Positions 33,601 through 47,785 of a stretch of DNA of 60,000 bases are shown here, piece after piece (position 1 is the stretch's first letter; every line of letters begins with the position of its first letter). The notes below the pieces were generated by a model. That model ran no database searches. It was not told the DNA's origin and saw only the letters and a list, made by a program, of their open reading frames with translations. Position numbers and translations under genes: made by a program. Source of the DNA: Lytechinus pictus (Eukaryota). The stretch covers positions 4,156,001 to 4,216,000 of the forward strand of contig NC_087246.1 in NCBI RefSeq assembly GCF_037042905.1, in the 5' to 3' direction.

Positions 33601-34926
33601 TTTTATATTTTATTATATTTTATATGGACTAGGGGGTCAATTGAAGTTTCATAGATCATTTTCATTCATTTACAAATAAAATGCAAACACACGAGAAAAA
33701 AAATGTCCAACCGCTTGGTACCATGCTTTAAAAAAATAAAATTTCGAGCACATTGATGTTATTCAGGTACACTAAAGAGAAACGAGGGAATCTCTTTGTA
33801 CAAAGGGCACATAAAATGAGGCTGAACATGCGTGAGGCTGAACTTTATAGGCTATGATATTTAGTGACTTATAAACAATTTCCTGTATATGTCTGATTAT
33901 TAGCACGTTTCATGTGTTAATTGAATTAACATTCCAAAGCAGTGACACCGTCAATCGCTAGAATAGTGAGGGGGGGGGGGGGGGGAGTAAGAATATGATG
34001 TTTTGAATGGCAAAAGCAATGGATGTACTTGATATTTCTAAAAATTATGCCGACGCAATGCATTTTTCAAAAATATCCTCCCCTTTCTTTGCTACATATT
34101 AAGACTCCAGTAGGTCCATGATTAAATGAAATAATATTTTATCCAAGCTATAACTGACCTGGTTTGCCTTTTGGTAGAATAGAATGAACTTTCATTTTCA
34201 TATAGGCCTTTAAAAAAATAGAAGTTAGATTATAACACTTATCTTGGGAACGGGGAAAGTTTTCGATGGTACCCATATTTTATCAAATCTGCCGTCACAT
34301 AATTTTTTAAGAAAAAAATTCAATGAAATCTTAAATAGACCTCTTTTTTGTATTTGTTCGACATGATAGTAAGTAATGTTGCTGTCTCTTGGTCATCATT
34401 TCACCAGCGACATTCAATGTATTCAGTCAACACGTCTCAACTCCCATCTGGTATCTACCCGAGCATATGGCAATGAATTTCCCTTTTACCAACTCGCCCG
34501 GTTTCTACTAAAGAGCAATTTTCCTAAATACCTTTAACGATTTTTAAACTTAATTCAAATGCATATATTGAATATTGCTCCCTCGGTACCAATAAACTTC
34601 AAATCAAAGAAGAGCATGGCAATCCGATAAATTGATGGAATATTTCCTGCACCGACTTGGTCATTAAAGGAGCAAGAAAAACTAGAGGGTTTTAGAAAAC
34701 GGTTTATCAAATTAACGTTGACACAGCATGACATTTCGTCAGGTGTGAGACGGTTAATAGTAAGAGAGTTTGAAGGCCGTAGAGTTGAAGTGTGATTGAC
34801 AAATCTGATTTGAGGAAACAAATCTATGTAAACTGCGAATCATAACTGAACAGAGTCATTAATGCAATTTGCCATGTCACGTTCTCTGAGTGCAGCAGAG
34901 TTCATTGCACTTCAACTGAGAGATGG

Positions 34927-34959
<33 letters not shown>

Positions 34960-36674
34960 GGAGGAGGGGGGGGGGAGGGGCAGAACATATTTCTTCTAAA
35001 ATCATGAATATGGCTTATCCAAAGTCCTTTTTATGTTTTATTTTATATATACGGTGTTTTATTATTCTGGTTCTCCGATTCTATTCTTCGTCACAGCCGA
35101 TTTATTTTTCGACGGTACATTCGCTATTTTAGATAAAATTTTATTCATTTAATTCCTTTAAAAAAATTAAATACACAAAATATAAGATCAATAAAGAGGA
35201 ATTTAATGATCGCTAACCATGTTAACAAATATAACTTGCTGATCACCTTTCTTTCTTGATGATTTTAACATGTTTTAGTATTGAATTCTGCTCTTCTCTA
35301 GGTCATCTTTATTGCATTTCGTCAAAAATTATTCAAAACCGTTGACACTTTGCCAAAGAAACGTCATTGACTGCAGTTTTAGTAAATGTTTCAATTTTTA
35401 ATAAAAGTGCATTGATATAAAACATCAACCATGTTGGCCATTTATATGATTTCATTCATATTTTCATATCATAATATATATGAATATGTATATCATAAAA
35501 CTGTATGTGTTGTAGAAAGCAACATGAACAAAACCTGGTATTAAACTGCAGTGTTTTTTCTGGTAAACTCATTTTTCATAGATGGAGCATACTGCAAATT
35601 TCAAGATGTTATTTCTGTTAATATCTTTCTGTTTCTACGTATTTACATTTCTAAAAATGTGTGCAAAATGGCCCTTTAAAAAGAAAAGGAATACATCATC
35701 GAGAGATGGCGCTAACTATCCTCGAATGTGAAATTCAAATCTTCACAAAGAATCAACCATTAAAAAAGAATAAAATATCACTAGTTTCACTACACTTATG
35801 TGATAATTATTAATCCCATATTTTAACTTTCACAAAACCTTTATTAAGGTTTTAGATCATTTCTTAAGGTTTTAGATCATTCCACGTCTTCATAAACGAT
35901 TTGCTCTCAAACAATAAGGTATTAACCCCTTTAAAGTTTATGACAAATTGAAATGAAAAATAAGAGACAAAGATATGAAAGAAAAGGTTTTCTTGTTGAG
36001 CGGAGACCCAAAGTTGCCCTCAGTTATTTGATATCTCATATCATATTTTTCTCTAGCCCTCAGGCGATGATTCCGTCACATTTCCGATGCAATTTCTCGC
36101 CTAAAACTCACGGGATTTTCTCCTCCCCTATACCCCTCCTTTATCCGGTCTTACTCAACAATTCAGGTGTATGAATTTATGTCTGATTATTAACACTATC
36201 TTTAGATATTATTCATGTTTTCTTGATAAATCTATTTCGCTAGCGGCATTCACTGGCATGTTTTTACAAAATCTTATATGCTCATATAGTGAATGAAATG
36301 ATGGATTGATATGAAAATTTTTCTTAAAAGGAAAAATTATTTATTTTTGATATTCATATTTACATTGGTAATTATCATAGCCTCATAAGAATAAATCAAT
36401 AGAGTATATGTATCGCACTTCGTCATTCAATACTAACAATAACGTATTCCTCATGTAGTAATGGAGTATGCAGTTCACATTTCAATTTATATGCTTTTGG
36501 TTTATTCATGAATTGATTTAATGAATTTTGCTTTCCGTTGGCATAGTTACGGTACATTACTATTTTTTAACTTACATTTACAGTACAATAAAAAAACGTT
36601 AAAAAATGTATAGTGGGTATTCAACTATATTGTAAATTATAGAGTAAGACTGTCAGCATGGTTTTGTGAACATG

Positions 36675-36840
36675 GGACCAGTTACACACAGACTTACAAC
36701 TGTTATTAGTTTGCCATGATGATATAGCTACCATGGTAACATGACTCAGCAGCCAATCACAATCAAGGTTCCCATGGTAATTTTAGTAATGGTAAAGTTA
36801 TACGGTATACCACAGTTGTAAGTCTGTATGAAACAGGCCC
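36675..36840. mobile_element. Degenerate Harbinger-like MITE containing X-box-like palindromes
   Basis: TIRs GGACCAGTTACACACAGACTTACAACTGT / ACAGTTGTAAGTCTGTATGAAACAGGCCC; right flank CTG. Confidence 0.7.
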
Positions 36841-39800
36841 CTGGTTTAGGAAATGCTAGAAGAGCACAAAGTAAAAGAGGGCTGAATTCACTTGTAACAA
36901 AAAAAAACTATGATATACTTCTGTTTATTATACCATCCCTATAACGTGTGATGTAATATAGCCCGACGACCACATTTCCCATATCGGCAGCTCTGCAGCC
37001 GACATCTCCGGCCTGAGCTTTCGTCGTCTTCCGCACATTCGTCAGAGCAATTGATGGCGGTTCTACCGACGAAAGGCGGCAAGAAATTTTGAACCACTTC
37101 TACATTTCTGGTCCTTTTTATGACTTTTTTCTGGTCGTTTTTATGATTTCCTTGCAAGATGGTACTACACAGGGCAATGCGCCGATGCCCATATTGTTTT
37201 TCAAATAGAGAGGGGACGAAGGGGAAGAAAGAAAGAAGAACGAAGAATATCAGAAGAGATGTCTTGGTCTTGTAATTTATTATGCTAGTCATTATTGTGA
37301 GAAAGATATGATCACTATTGAAATCTAGGGAATCTAGTGTGAATCTAGTGTGTGCTCGTTTTGTGTGTTTTGCATGTGGACGGGTGTGCGTGTGTGTGTT
37401 CCTTTATTTTTTTAAAACTTTTATTCATCAAACTGTATCTCTATTTTTTCCATCATTGTGCATTCCCCTTTTTTATTTAATTTGATTTGATTTATTTATT
37501 AACCCAATATGTACAATTTTATAAATGTCTTTTTTATTCTTTTGTCTTTATATATTTTTTCAAGTATTGTTGTGTTTGTCTTGATGACTCTAGATTGTCT
37601 TGGTCTATATCTGTACTTTTTATTCATTTTTAACCGTTATATTCACCTATCTTTTCTGAATATTTTTCAAAGTTTTTGCGATATAAATGTCTATTAGTTT
37701 ATAAGGTTTTACTTCTTTTATTCATATTCCTTTTTACTTTGTATTTTACGTTTTTATGTATATTTTGCATTTTAACTGATGTTTTATGTTTATATGCTGT
37801 TATATTTCAATGTTTGTAATTTTATTCACGGACCTATAAAAAACCCAGCTTTTGCTGAATAGGTCTTGCCGTGTTAAAATAAATGAAAATGAAATCGAGT
37901 CGTCTTACCCCTTATAAATACAGGCAAGTACTAGCCGTGTCATGTCTGTGTTCTTGTCCGACTTTCATATCGGTTTAGTACATTTTATTCACTTAAAATA
38001 ACACGGTTTATCATGTTCATGCCTCATAGCCATTGAGCTGTAGATTGTCAGCTAAAGGATTCGAATCCCAGCCTATAACTCAAATTTCAACATTTAAAAA
38101 AAAATTACCACCTTCGTTGTGCCTATTTATTATACGTATGCCCATGGCATAGATCGTCAGGAATTGTCGAGTAGGATCGAACACATTTTTACGCGTCAAA
38201 TACCCTGAAGATTGAGCATGTGGAGTAGAGAGAAAACAAGAAGATACATAGTTAAGCCCCTGCCCCCTTGACTATCATCAAATAATGCCGGTGGCAATAT
38301 TTCAGAAATTAGAATTTCCTGACACTATAAATGAGGTAAATAATATTGATAGACCTATATGTTCAGCACGGGATCATCGTCATGATAGTATTCTTCTTTC
38401 CTTCCCCATTCGGCTAAGAGAGAAAGAGAAAGAGAGAGAGAGGGAGTGAGGTGGGGGGGGGGGTGGTCCTAAACAAAACGGAAATAGGGGAGGGATGGGA
38501 TACCAGATCAACGACACAAAACAGACAATTCATTCGAAAACATCACTTTGATTGATGGAGAGGAAACAAGAAGAGATAGGAACAGAAGATACTTTCATCT
38601 GCGACAAATTAGCCATCATGTTCATGATCATGTTTGAAATGTTCTGGGGTTAATTTCTTTATGACGTCATACAGGTGGAACAATTAAACATCCTATTCGT
38701 CATCGCAACGGGAATGGTCATGTCTTGGGGGAGGGTAAGAGTCTTGTAAATTATATTTGCCGACGAAATGACTAAAAAGGAAAGTCTTAGAAGGCACTCT
38801 TAAAGAAAGGTAAAGAATGAAACATTACACTTTTTAAAAGTGATACCATTCATGATAATGACTAATGCAGTGTGCAATGACAAAATGAGACGTCTCAGAT
38901 AAATGAGTCTCACTTCAAGTGTCTCATATACATGATAAATGATATACAGCAATAATGCCAGAATTAAATATATTTATCATCTTAATTCTGTAAAATTGAT
39001 AAATCAATATAGATTTAACATTTTTTCATGTCATTTGGAACTCAATTGATTTATTGTCACTTCAGATATCCATTGTTCTAATCAATTATTCTTTCATTTA
39101 TTCATCAATTGAAATACATATAGTTATTAATTTAATAATTTTCTTCTTCTTCTCTATCAATCTATTGGTGACTGTTTTGGTGACTGTTTTCAATTCCATA
39201 TAGACCTCAACATTGAGTCAAACAGTCTCTAGTGTTGTAATTAGCCAGGTTCGTACAATGGCGTTATGAAACGACACCTAACCTGATAAGGAGTTGAAAT
39301 TAAACATTTTAGGTTTACAATTTTCCTGTTAAATGTCATCATTGGTAGTAAATGTCGGTTTGAACTCCTATATATAATGAAAAAAGGAGAGTACCAGCAA
39401 ATAACATAAAGAATTAAAGATGTTGACCCGTTAACAATCCCAACTAGATATTCAAGGAATTTAATGCAAATGTTGATTTTCGTACATCTCTAGATTACAT
39501 TGATTTCAAATGTTATATCCAAACTGTGGTTAAAGACCAGTAGTCAACTTGGTCAAACATGTCAAAGCTTGGAATTAATTTGAATTTTCAAATTTTCTTT
39601 TTAATCTTCTCTCCCACTTTTCTACTCTTCATGCACTTCCTCTTTTCTCCCCATTCTCCTTCTTCCTGTTTTCTCCTTCCATTTTCTCTCTTCCTCCTCC
39701 AATTTATCTCTCAGGTCGTTTCTCACCTCTCATTCGCATGAATAGTGGAATCAGCAAGGCCCAACGATCTTCACCAGATAACTCGCATCAGTTGCCGCCG

Positions 39801-41055
39801 TCTCCGTCCGGCTGGGGCTTGGCCATCCGGTCGGCTGGTGAGATGCAGGCGAAGTGTGGTTGCCAAGGGATTGATATGGAAGTTCTGAATAACGTTTTTT
39901 TTTTTTTTTTTTTTTTTTTTTTGGGGGGGGGTTAAGTTATCGAAGGGGTTCTCTTCAAAGATAGTTTAATAATGATTTTGTATAGACCTAACATGCGAAT
40001 AATCGAACCTCCACCTCCAAACGGTAATAAACCCCAAAACATCTTCAAAAAATCCCCCAAATTAACAATTTTTTTAAAACATGGTTTTGTTAGATCGTGA
40101 GAGAAAAATCATTATAGATGTACGTGAACCAAATAATTTCTTAGAAATGGTTTTTGAAATCATGAGCATGCAAGAACGAAATCCAATTTTGCATTTATGA
40201 CATCTTAATGCATCTCTTTTCATATTATACTTTAATGGGATGTAGGTAGGTTGGGGGCAAAATGACTGGAATCAATCTGGTTTATTTAAATTGTTATATT
40301 TTTCAGCACTTCTTTGGTAAATGTAAGAAAAGATAAACAAATAAAAACAAAATACAAAGATCAATGGAGATGGAGAAGAGGCTGATATTGCATCATAGTG
40401 TACAATAAAACACTGTTAAATTTTATTGTCATTCTCAATTATTCTAAACTTTATCGTCATTATCACAAAATCATTTTTTCCCCATGATGTGAAATCATCT
40501 CTTGTTATTTCATGGATCCTACTATATAAACATAGACCCCTATCATATGCACATATCATTTTGTAAAATGTTGATTGATGGAAGAAATAAGGAAAGAAAT
40601 GTAAGCAGACGATACAGCGAACAAAAAGAAAATAAGGTAGAAGATCAAGATTAAGATGATCGAATCTTGATATTCTTCATATTAATATTTGCTAGAAATC
40701 TGAGCGTTGACGCGGTAAATTAATATCTATTATCATGATTATTCCGCTGCATGCCGCCTTAGATTCTGAGCTCTTGTTTTGGAGTGTATGTCTGTCAAGA
40801 TTCTTTGCTCCGATGAACAAAATAATTCCTTGCAAAGAACGTGATGGACTTGACTGTAATTACATACTTTCACCTTCAATACTGCATTATTACGAGCAAC
40901 ATAGCTGTCTTGAAAAATATATTGAAAAGAAATATGAAATCATACCATTTGCCTATATTTTTATTATACTTTTACATTTTATGATGAATCCATTCTGCTC
41001 TGTATTAATATGTCAATAATCAATTGATTATTGACATATTCATATTATAATAGTA

Positions 41056-41229
41056 CACTCTAAAAATGGGAACATCCATGTAGGTTTGGTAAAAAGATAT
41101 AACCCAATATTTTGTAAATTTTACACAATGTTGCGTTGAAATAGCCCAACTTGGGGGAAAATACCCAGCAAACATGAATATTCATGTTACCCAATATTGG
41201 GTAAAATTTTAATCAGCGTGTTTAGAGTG
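41056..41229. mobile_element. MITE with CACTCTAAA..TTTAGAGTG ends and TA TSD
   Basis: 9-bp TIRs, TA at 41054-41055 and 41230-41231, internal ACCCAA/TTGGGT repeats. Confidence 0.7.
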
Positions 41230-44200
41230 TATTAATGCGGAATAGAGAACAAATAAACAAAATGAAATAAAATAAGGTGTTTATAACGATGGATTAAATG
41301 GGGCACAGTTACCCACACATCCCACTAATTCTAAGAGATTGTGAAATCGGTAAAAACCAATTGATTGATTTAAAGTGTTATTAAAAAAATGCATGAATTA
41401 CCCGCCGTCGTGTTTATTAAAAAAAATATATAAAGTGATTTAAAGGTGAAAAAAAAAAACATACATCAAGCAGTCGCAAGCAAAGGAGGTTGGGGAATAA
41501 TGGGAGGGGGGGGGGGTTCAAGGGGCACAAGCCCAACTTCAGCCCTGTTTGAGGTGATAGGTTCCTTTTTGGGTTCTTTTTTTTTGCTTTTTTTTTGCTT
41601 TGAGATCTTATGTCTTCTGAACGAGACCCACTTCTCTGGCCGTTCATTGTCCCTGCAAGGAATATACACATGCACTTTAGGATTACAATCAAAAGCTAAA
41701 CACTTAATGACGAATTGAAATGGAATGCTTATTCGAGATATGTTTTACTTAATCGATTTGCTTATACCTACGATGTTATTTCAAGGGACTCTGCACTTCA
41801 AACACTTTTTAAATTTATATTAGTTCCTACTATGTAGGCCTATAATCATTATCATTTTAACATTATATTTTGTCAATTTCTTTTTTAGTATGCAGTCGGT
41901 GAAAAAAAATTAAATAAAAGGTTTATTATGAACTCTGCTTAGCTTCACGTTAAGAATACAAAGAGATGGATAATGAGTGGTTATCACTATCAGTTTTTTG
42001 TCCCTACAAACCTCATGACATCGGTAACATTTCGACAAGAAATTGACGTATTGAAGTGATGGACTTGCACAACCTCCACTACTTTCTCTGATTAAAAATT
42101 AACACGATCAGAGTTCTAATTCGCAATAATTGCGTCCTTTTTTATTTATTGTATCCCCATGTTCATATCTCTCCAGGGTCATTATGGTATTACAATTATG
42201 ACGAAACGGATGTGCACGCAGTAATTGGAACAAGCGAACTCTTCCGCACCACAGCTTTTTATTACGTATGGGACTATGAGGCGGATAATTGTCAGTTCAT
42301 TAACACAAGCGGTGATAACATCTGCCCAAGTTGAAGGGAAGTAATTGTTTTAAATAAATTAGTCTGAATTGTGACCGGGTTGTGGCTGGGTGAGTAGCGG
42401 TCACGGGTTGACCGGGCGCTGACATCGTTCCTCGAGAATGAATGTTCGTCAAAAAGCATGAACTTGAAGTTGTGGTCATAATTGGGCTTGGGATTATGTT
42501 TTGGATTAGGATGGGATTTAGGGTCATAGTTTGGGATTAGGATGGAGTTTATGGTCATAGTTTGAGATGGTGGTTTGAAGCTAGGTACTGACACTCTTAT
42601 CTCAAGGTATGATATTGAAAATAATAATGTAGAAGTTTGGCAAGATAATGGGTGTCAAAAGCGATGAGCAGCGGTTGACGAGAGTCGTAATTCGGACCAT
42701 GGTCCTTATTCGATTTCATGGAGATAATTTCTGTAAAAGTTTGAGTTTGAACGAAGAGCTTTCCATCTTAATATCAATGTACTTTTGTACATCACTAGAA
42801 ACGCATTAACATATCTTAGAAGATAAAACTTGATCATTTCAGTCGACCTTATATAGATGGCGACGAACGGTAGCCCATTAGTAAAAAAAATAATGTCGAA
42901 TTTGTTGACGAAAAGGCTCACATAAAAACTACAACTTAAGGCTCTTGATAGTGGATTTAAAGTCACAACTTTATTGTTATGATTGCTTAAAATGGTTCCC
43001 GACTGGGGAACTGATCCAGGCTTCTCGAAAATAAAGCCAAATTTGAGAAAGCAAGATTTTATTAGCGTTTAGTTTTCAAACCTGCTTTATGAATTTGCGC
43101 CCTACATATCGGCAAGTATTGATATAGGTCGGTAATTATGAAAGGTCATTTCTTTATGTCCGGATTTTTTTTAATTTGGCGACATTTCATATACAACTAA
43201 TTCTTGAACATTTAACAAGAACAAAATCAACACAAACCTCGACATGACAAATATTTCCATGATACTATAGCATGATCATGATAATGAATAGCTTTTTAGC
43301 AGAACGAATTTTGAGCTATTTAAAAATCATCGTTTCCGCTTGATTTGGAGAGATCGACGCAACAAATATGTATACACCAAAATGTAATATCGAGTTATTT
43401 CTATAAGCTAAGCAATATAAGTGAAGCTAATAATTGAGTAGATACTACAAGTTCATCAAAGCAATTTTCTAAACTTCATGATTGTTTGCAGCATGCATGA
43501 ATCGAGATCCAGGAACTCCTTTTCTCAAACCAAATGTCAGAAACCCAACCACAATCTCCGAAATGAAAACCATCTCGTCTCGAAATCCTGCTCACTCGAA
43601 ATCCTATTTCGTCCACGACAGCGCGCTTTATTCTCAGATCCTTGACGAGCGAGATTCATCGGAGAATGAGTGGGTCGGTCTTCGGGGCAGAGAGGGCTTA
43701 CTCTTCGCATGAAGCTTAGCCCCACATCACATCGAGCTAAGGATTTTCCTCATTGCCGACATTCTACGGGATTATATAAACCCTAGGGATACAATCTCAT
43801 TCAAATCATAACTCGGTTGATAATTTGCCGACAAGTATTCATTTCTCATATGAACCGTATTTTGTCCATCAGTATTGTGATCAGTGGTTGATAGTTATGG
43901 GAACGGCCACAATCAACCGTTATTCTGGTCGGTCTTCTCTGTATTTCGATACATTATTCTTTGAGGGAGTATCCGGTATTGATTACAAGCTAATCTGGAG
44001 TTAATTTTGACTGACTATAAAGACGGAGAATGTATTAAAACCCCGCTTCATTCGCATATTTTTGATTATGAGAAGTTATCACATCATGAAACGTTATATT
44101 TTAAACATAGAAAAATAAAAATAGTTTCATGAAAAAGGATTACTTCGCATTCTCCCTCACGGTAGATATTTTTGTTATGATTTAAATGAAATTATAATAA

Positions 44201-44329
44201 AAACGCAGGAATCATGTGAGGGGATACCAGTAGTGATTTTTAAATATCTGGGTCTATTATGGGATGATTGAAATTCCAAAAGAATGGTTTAGTTGTCAGC
44301 ATTCATGATGACAATAACATTAATATGCA

Positions 44330-44597
44330 ACATTTATATAGCGATTAATACAAATGTTTCTAGGCACTGCATACTATTACTTCGACTTTAGCACGGCCAT
44401 ACCCTGACCGGGCACCCTATCGGTCCTTCGAAGAATTCCTTCCTAACGAGTACCCATTTACTACACCTGGGTAGAAAGTGGCAAATGTAGATAAACGCCT
44501 TGCCAAAGGACGTGAGTGCTCAGAGCTGCAGTGGGATTTCACCCTAGGCCTTGTGGTTCAAAGTACTGGGATTCTTATCCACTTAGTCACGACACCT
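44330..44597 (-). mobile_element. tRNA-derived SINE
   Basis: On the - strand: A-box-like TGACTAAGTGG, B-box-like GGTGAAATCC, then CCTTTGGCAAGGCGTTTATCTACA...CCCAGGTGTAGTAAATGGGTAC core and a LINE-like tail. Confidence 0.75.
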
Positions 44598-46154
44598 CTA
44601 CAATAATTAAAACTCAATTAAAAACAAGAGGACAATGGGAAGCCAAGATTCCGATCAAACAGTTCATTAATGATTATATTCGTATATACCGAAAAAAATA
44701 TTTCATTTTGGGACATGAAATCAATCCCTGATATAATGAAATAATGTCATATAATTAGAGATGTGCATGAAGTTAATGGAAGGAATAATCATTCGACATT
44801 ACCAAAAAAATATTTGGATTTTATTTTACAGTGACATGAGAGTAAAACGCTCTGTATAATTATGATTAGGTGTTTTAGGGGAGGGACTTGTGTGTATTTC
44901 TTATGACAAAAATCTTACTCAAATATATTTTGAAGTTCTATGGAGAGGGCTGATCATCGTGACGAATGATATCAAAAGAGTTAATAATCAAATGTCCTGA
45001 ATCCTGTTCTATATTTTATCCCAATATAAGGGAATTTAATGATCGTTACGCATTTCGTGTTCTTTTTGGCGTATCGACATAATAATGTAAGTGTTAATAA
45101 ATGTAATTGAAGTTTGCCAGCACGATTGGAGGTCAGTTCATTTATTTCAGTCATAAACAAATCGTTGTTCAGGCATTGAAGTACCGTTTTAATATATACA
45201 CAAACAATTCTCTAATTAAGGTTATACGTACACAATGAAGTACGTAGCTTTCACCAGAATAGATTATAATAAAGAAACAAACATTCTTGATTTACATCTC
45301 GTTATCCTATAAAGTTTACGTGAATACATCCGTCATGCCTGCCATTTTCTGTCAGACATTATCGACTGCAGGTTTTCAAATTTGCAAATATGTTTTGCAA
45401 TGGCAGCAAACACACATTTATTGTTTGTTTTCATTCAGTTGTAATTTGTCGCATGAACGTCACTAGTTTGCCCCTAGGAGTAGAGGCATTGGTGGATGTA
45501 AGATGAAATGATCATGAAGAAAGAGTGGATGACAAAAGGAAAGATATGATAGAGAGAGAAAGAAAGAAAGAAAGAGAGAGGGGGTAGTAGGAGAGATACA
45601 GTAAAGTGGGGGGGGGGGTAAAGTTTTATGGGAAGTACAAGGGAACAGGTAAATTTCTTTACAAAAGATGTATAGGTGAGAGAGTAAGACAAAATAATAT
45701 TAGTGATTAAACTGATGAAATTGGGTATGACGAATGTTTGATAAAAAATGTCTGGTGTTAGTTCGGGGTTTCATGGTAAAAGAGTCCGACTCCCTCTTAC
45801 TTTTAATTTAATAGATCTGGCAACATCATTGCTAGCAGAGAGACACATGGATAAAGAAACAGAAACTGATAGAAAAAAAGTACAACTCGGAAGAGAAGGA
45901 GGCGGAAGAAAAGGTGTGTGTTTGTGGTGGGAGAGCAGGGACCTGGGAACGATTTTTTCAGTGGGGGTGCTGAAATCTCTCCTCAAAGGTGGGGGGGACA
46001 CAATTGAGTTTTCCATAATTACACACACACACACACACACATCTAAGGGCACCACACACACACACCCATATGTACATATATATGACAGTCACTTCTTAGC
46101 TTTCAGGCTTCTTATAAAAGAACATGGATATATAATTAGATATAAAATTAGATA

Positions 46155-46890
46155 ACTCGAGCGCGAAGCGCGTGCTATTCGGGGGGGGGGGGAATTTCAT
46201 GTATTTTGTCCTGAAAATTGAACATTTTGAGCAATGTTTGTGGTCCTGAACAAGATGCGTATGTAACAAATAATAACTGCGAACGTAATCAGCGCGAGCA
46301 GATATTTTTTATATACGCTCTGGTCTGATCGAAAGGGAAGTGTAAGAAGGACTGTTTGCAGTTAGCCATTAAGACGATACATATATCAACAATCAAATAA
46401 TGCGAGCGCGAAGCGCGAGCTGAACAAAATTGACATTCCGACCTAAATACTGGACAATCTAAGCACTTTTTGTAATCATGAACAGGATAGGGATATAACT
46501 ATACAATTGATGCGAGCGCAAAGCGCGAGCGGAAACAAATTGAGATTTCAGACCAAAAAACGAGACATTCTAAGCACTTTTCTAATCATGAAGAAGATAG
46601 GTATATACCTATACAATTGATGCGAACGCGAAGGGCGAGCGGAAATAAAAATGAAATTTCAGTCCTAAAAACAGGACATCTTAAGCACTTTTCTAATCAT
46701 GAACAGGATTAGGTATATAATTATACAATTGATGCGACTGCAAACAAAATTGAGATTTCAGACCTATAAACGGAACATTCTATTCATGTTTTGTAAATCA
46801 AGAAAATTATGGGTAATTGGATATATATATTCTTACATTAATAGTGTGAGCGCGAAGCGCGAGCAGAAATTTTTTGATATTCTGATCTGA
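46155..46890. repeat. ~110-bp tandem repeat with GCGAGCGCGAAGCGCGAGC core, inside the hAT-like element
   Basis: Core copies near 46158, 46280, 46402, 46512, 46622, 46846, and one more near 47885 after an interruption. Confidence 0.85.
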
Positions 46891-47785
46891 AACTCCACAC
46901 TGAATGTAATATGGTTTGAACAGATAAAGAAAAATCAGACGAATATAAGAATAAAGATTTGATTAAAATCAGACAAGGAATATCAAAGTCATTGCATTTT
47001 AAAGATTAGCATTATTCCGGTTTAAAGCATGTCTTCATTAATATTCAATGAGCAAGCTTATGATGTCATATCCCCACTTGTTCTTTTGTATTTTATTAGG
47101 TTTATTCAATATTTTCCCTTCAAGAACCAAAAACAGTTGAATTGACAACTGATTTAGTCTATTAGATATTCTTTGCTGCAACTTATTTCATTATAAGGGA
47201 GACATATCATTCACACTGGTATGAAAAAAATGAAACAATTTTGATTCCATGTAATAACACAAGAAAGAGGATAGTGGGGATGTGACATCTTCAACCCACA
47301 TGGGCGGAAATCTCAGAGGAATCGACAGGGGGACGTGTCTCCCCTACCAAAAATAGTAGGGGAACACAATATCAAATGTCCCCTCTACTATTTTTGGTCT
47401 TTCATGGAGAAAAATACATCACTTCACAATCGAAATAATACATGTATTTTGGACCCAATGACCTTACATTTTGGGTGAAAACCTTTTTTTTTTTTTTTTT
47501 GGGGGGGGGGGGGCTTGTCAAATTTTGTTAGGGTTAAAATGACTTAAATTTAGGGTGATAACCTTTTTTTTTTGCTTGTCAAATTTTCCTGGCCCTGGTC
47601 CCCCTACCTTTGGGGACATATTTCCGCCCATGTCAACCCACCTATTAAATATTCATGACGACATGCATATCACCATTTTCATAAAATATTGCTAAACTTT
47701 AGAATTAAATAACTTAACTATTTGTTATTAGATTTTCATAAAATTGTATTTGATATAAATATTTTCAGCCAGGAGTAACCCCAAA
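46890..47785. mobile_element. Palindromic MITE (Kolobok-like by resemblance), ends eroded
   Basis: Internal inverted segments ATGATGTCATATCCCCACTTGTTCTTTTGT / ACAAGAAAGAGGATAGTGGGGATGTGACATC; interrupts the 110-bp array. Confidence 0.55.
47299..47632. mobile_element. hAT-like MITE
   Basis: Perfect 13-bp TIRs CATGGGCGGAAAT and perfect 8-bp TSD TCAACCCA (47291-47298, 47633-47640). Confidence 0.92.

Noticed and set aside
35844..35881. 20-bp period tandem duplication TTAAGGTTTTAGATCATT
   Set aside because: Trivial slippage duplication with no sign of function.
38020..38075. tRNA-like B-box GGATTCGAATCCC
   Set aside because: No complete cloverleaf could be folded; at most a SINE fragment.
42475..42585. 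Degenerate TTAGGG-like run suggesting an interstitial telomere
   Set aside because: Too degenerate, with no run of exact hexamers; more likely part of an interspersed repeat.
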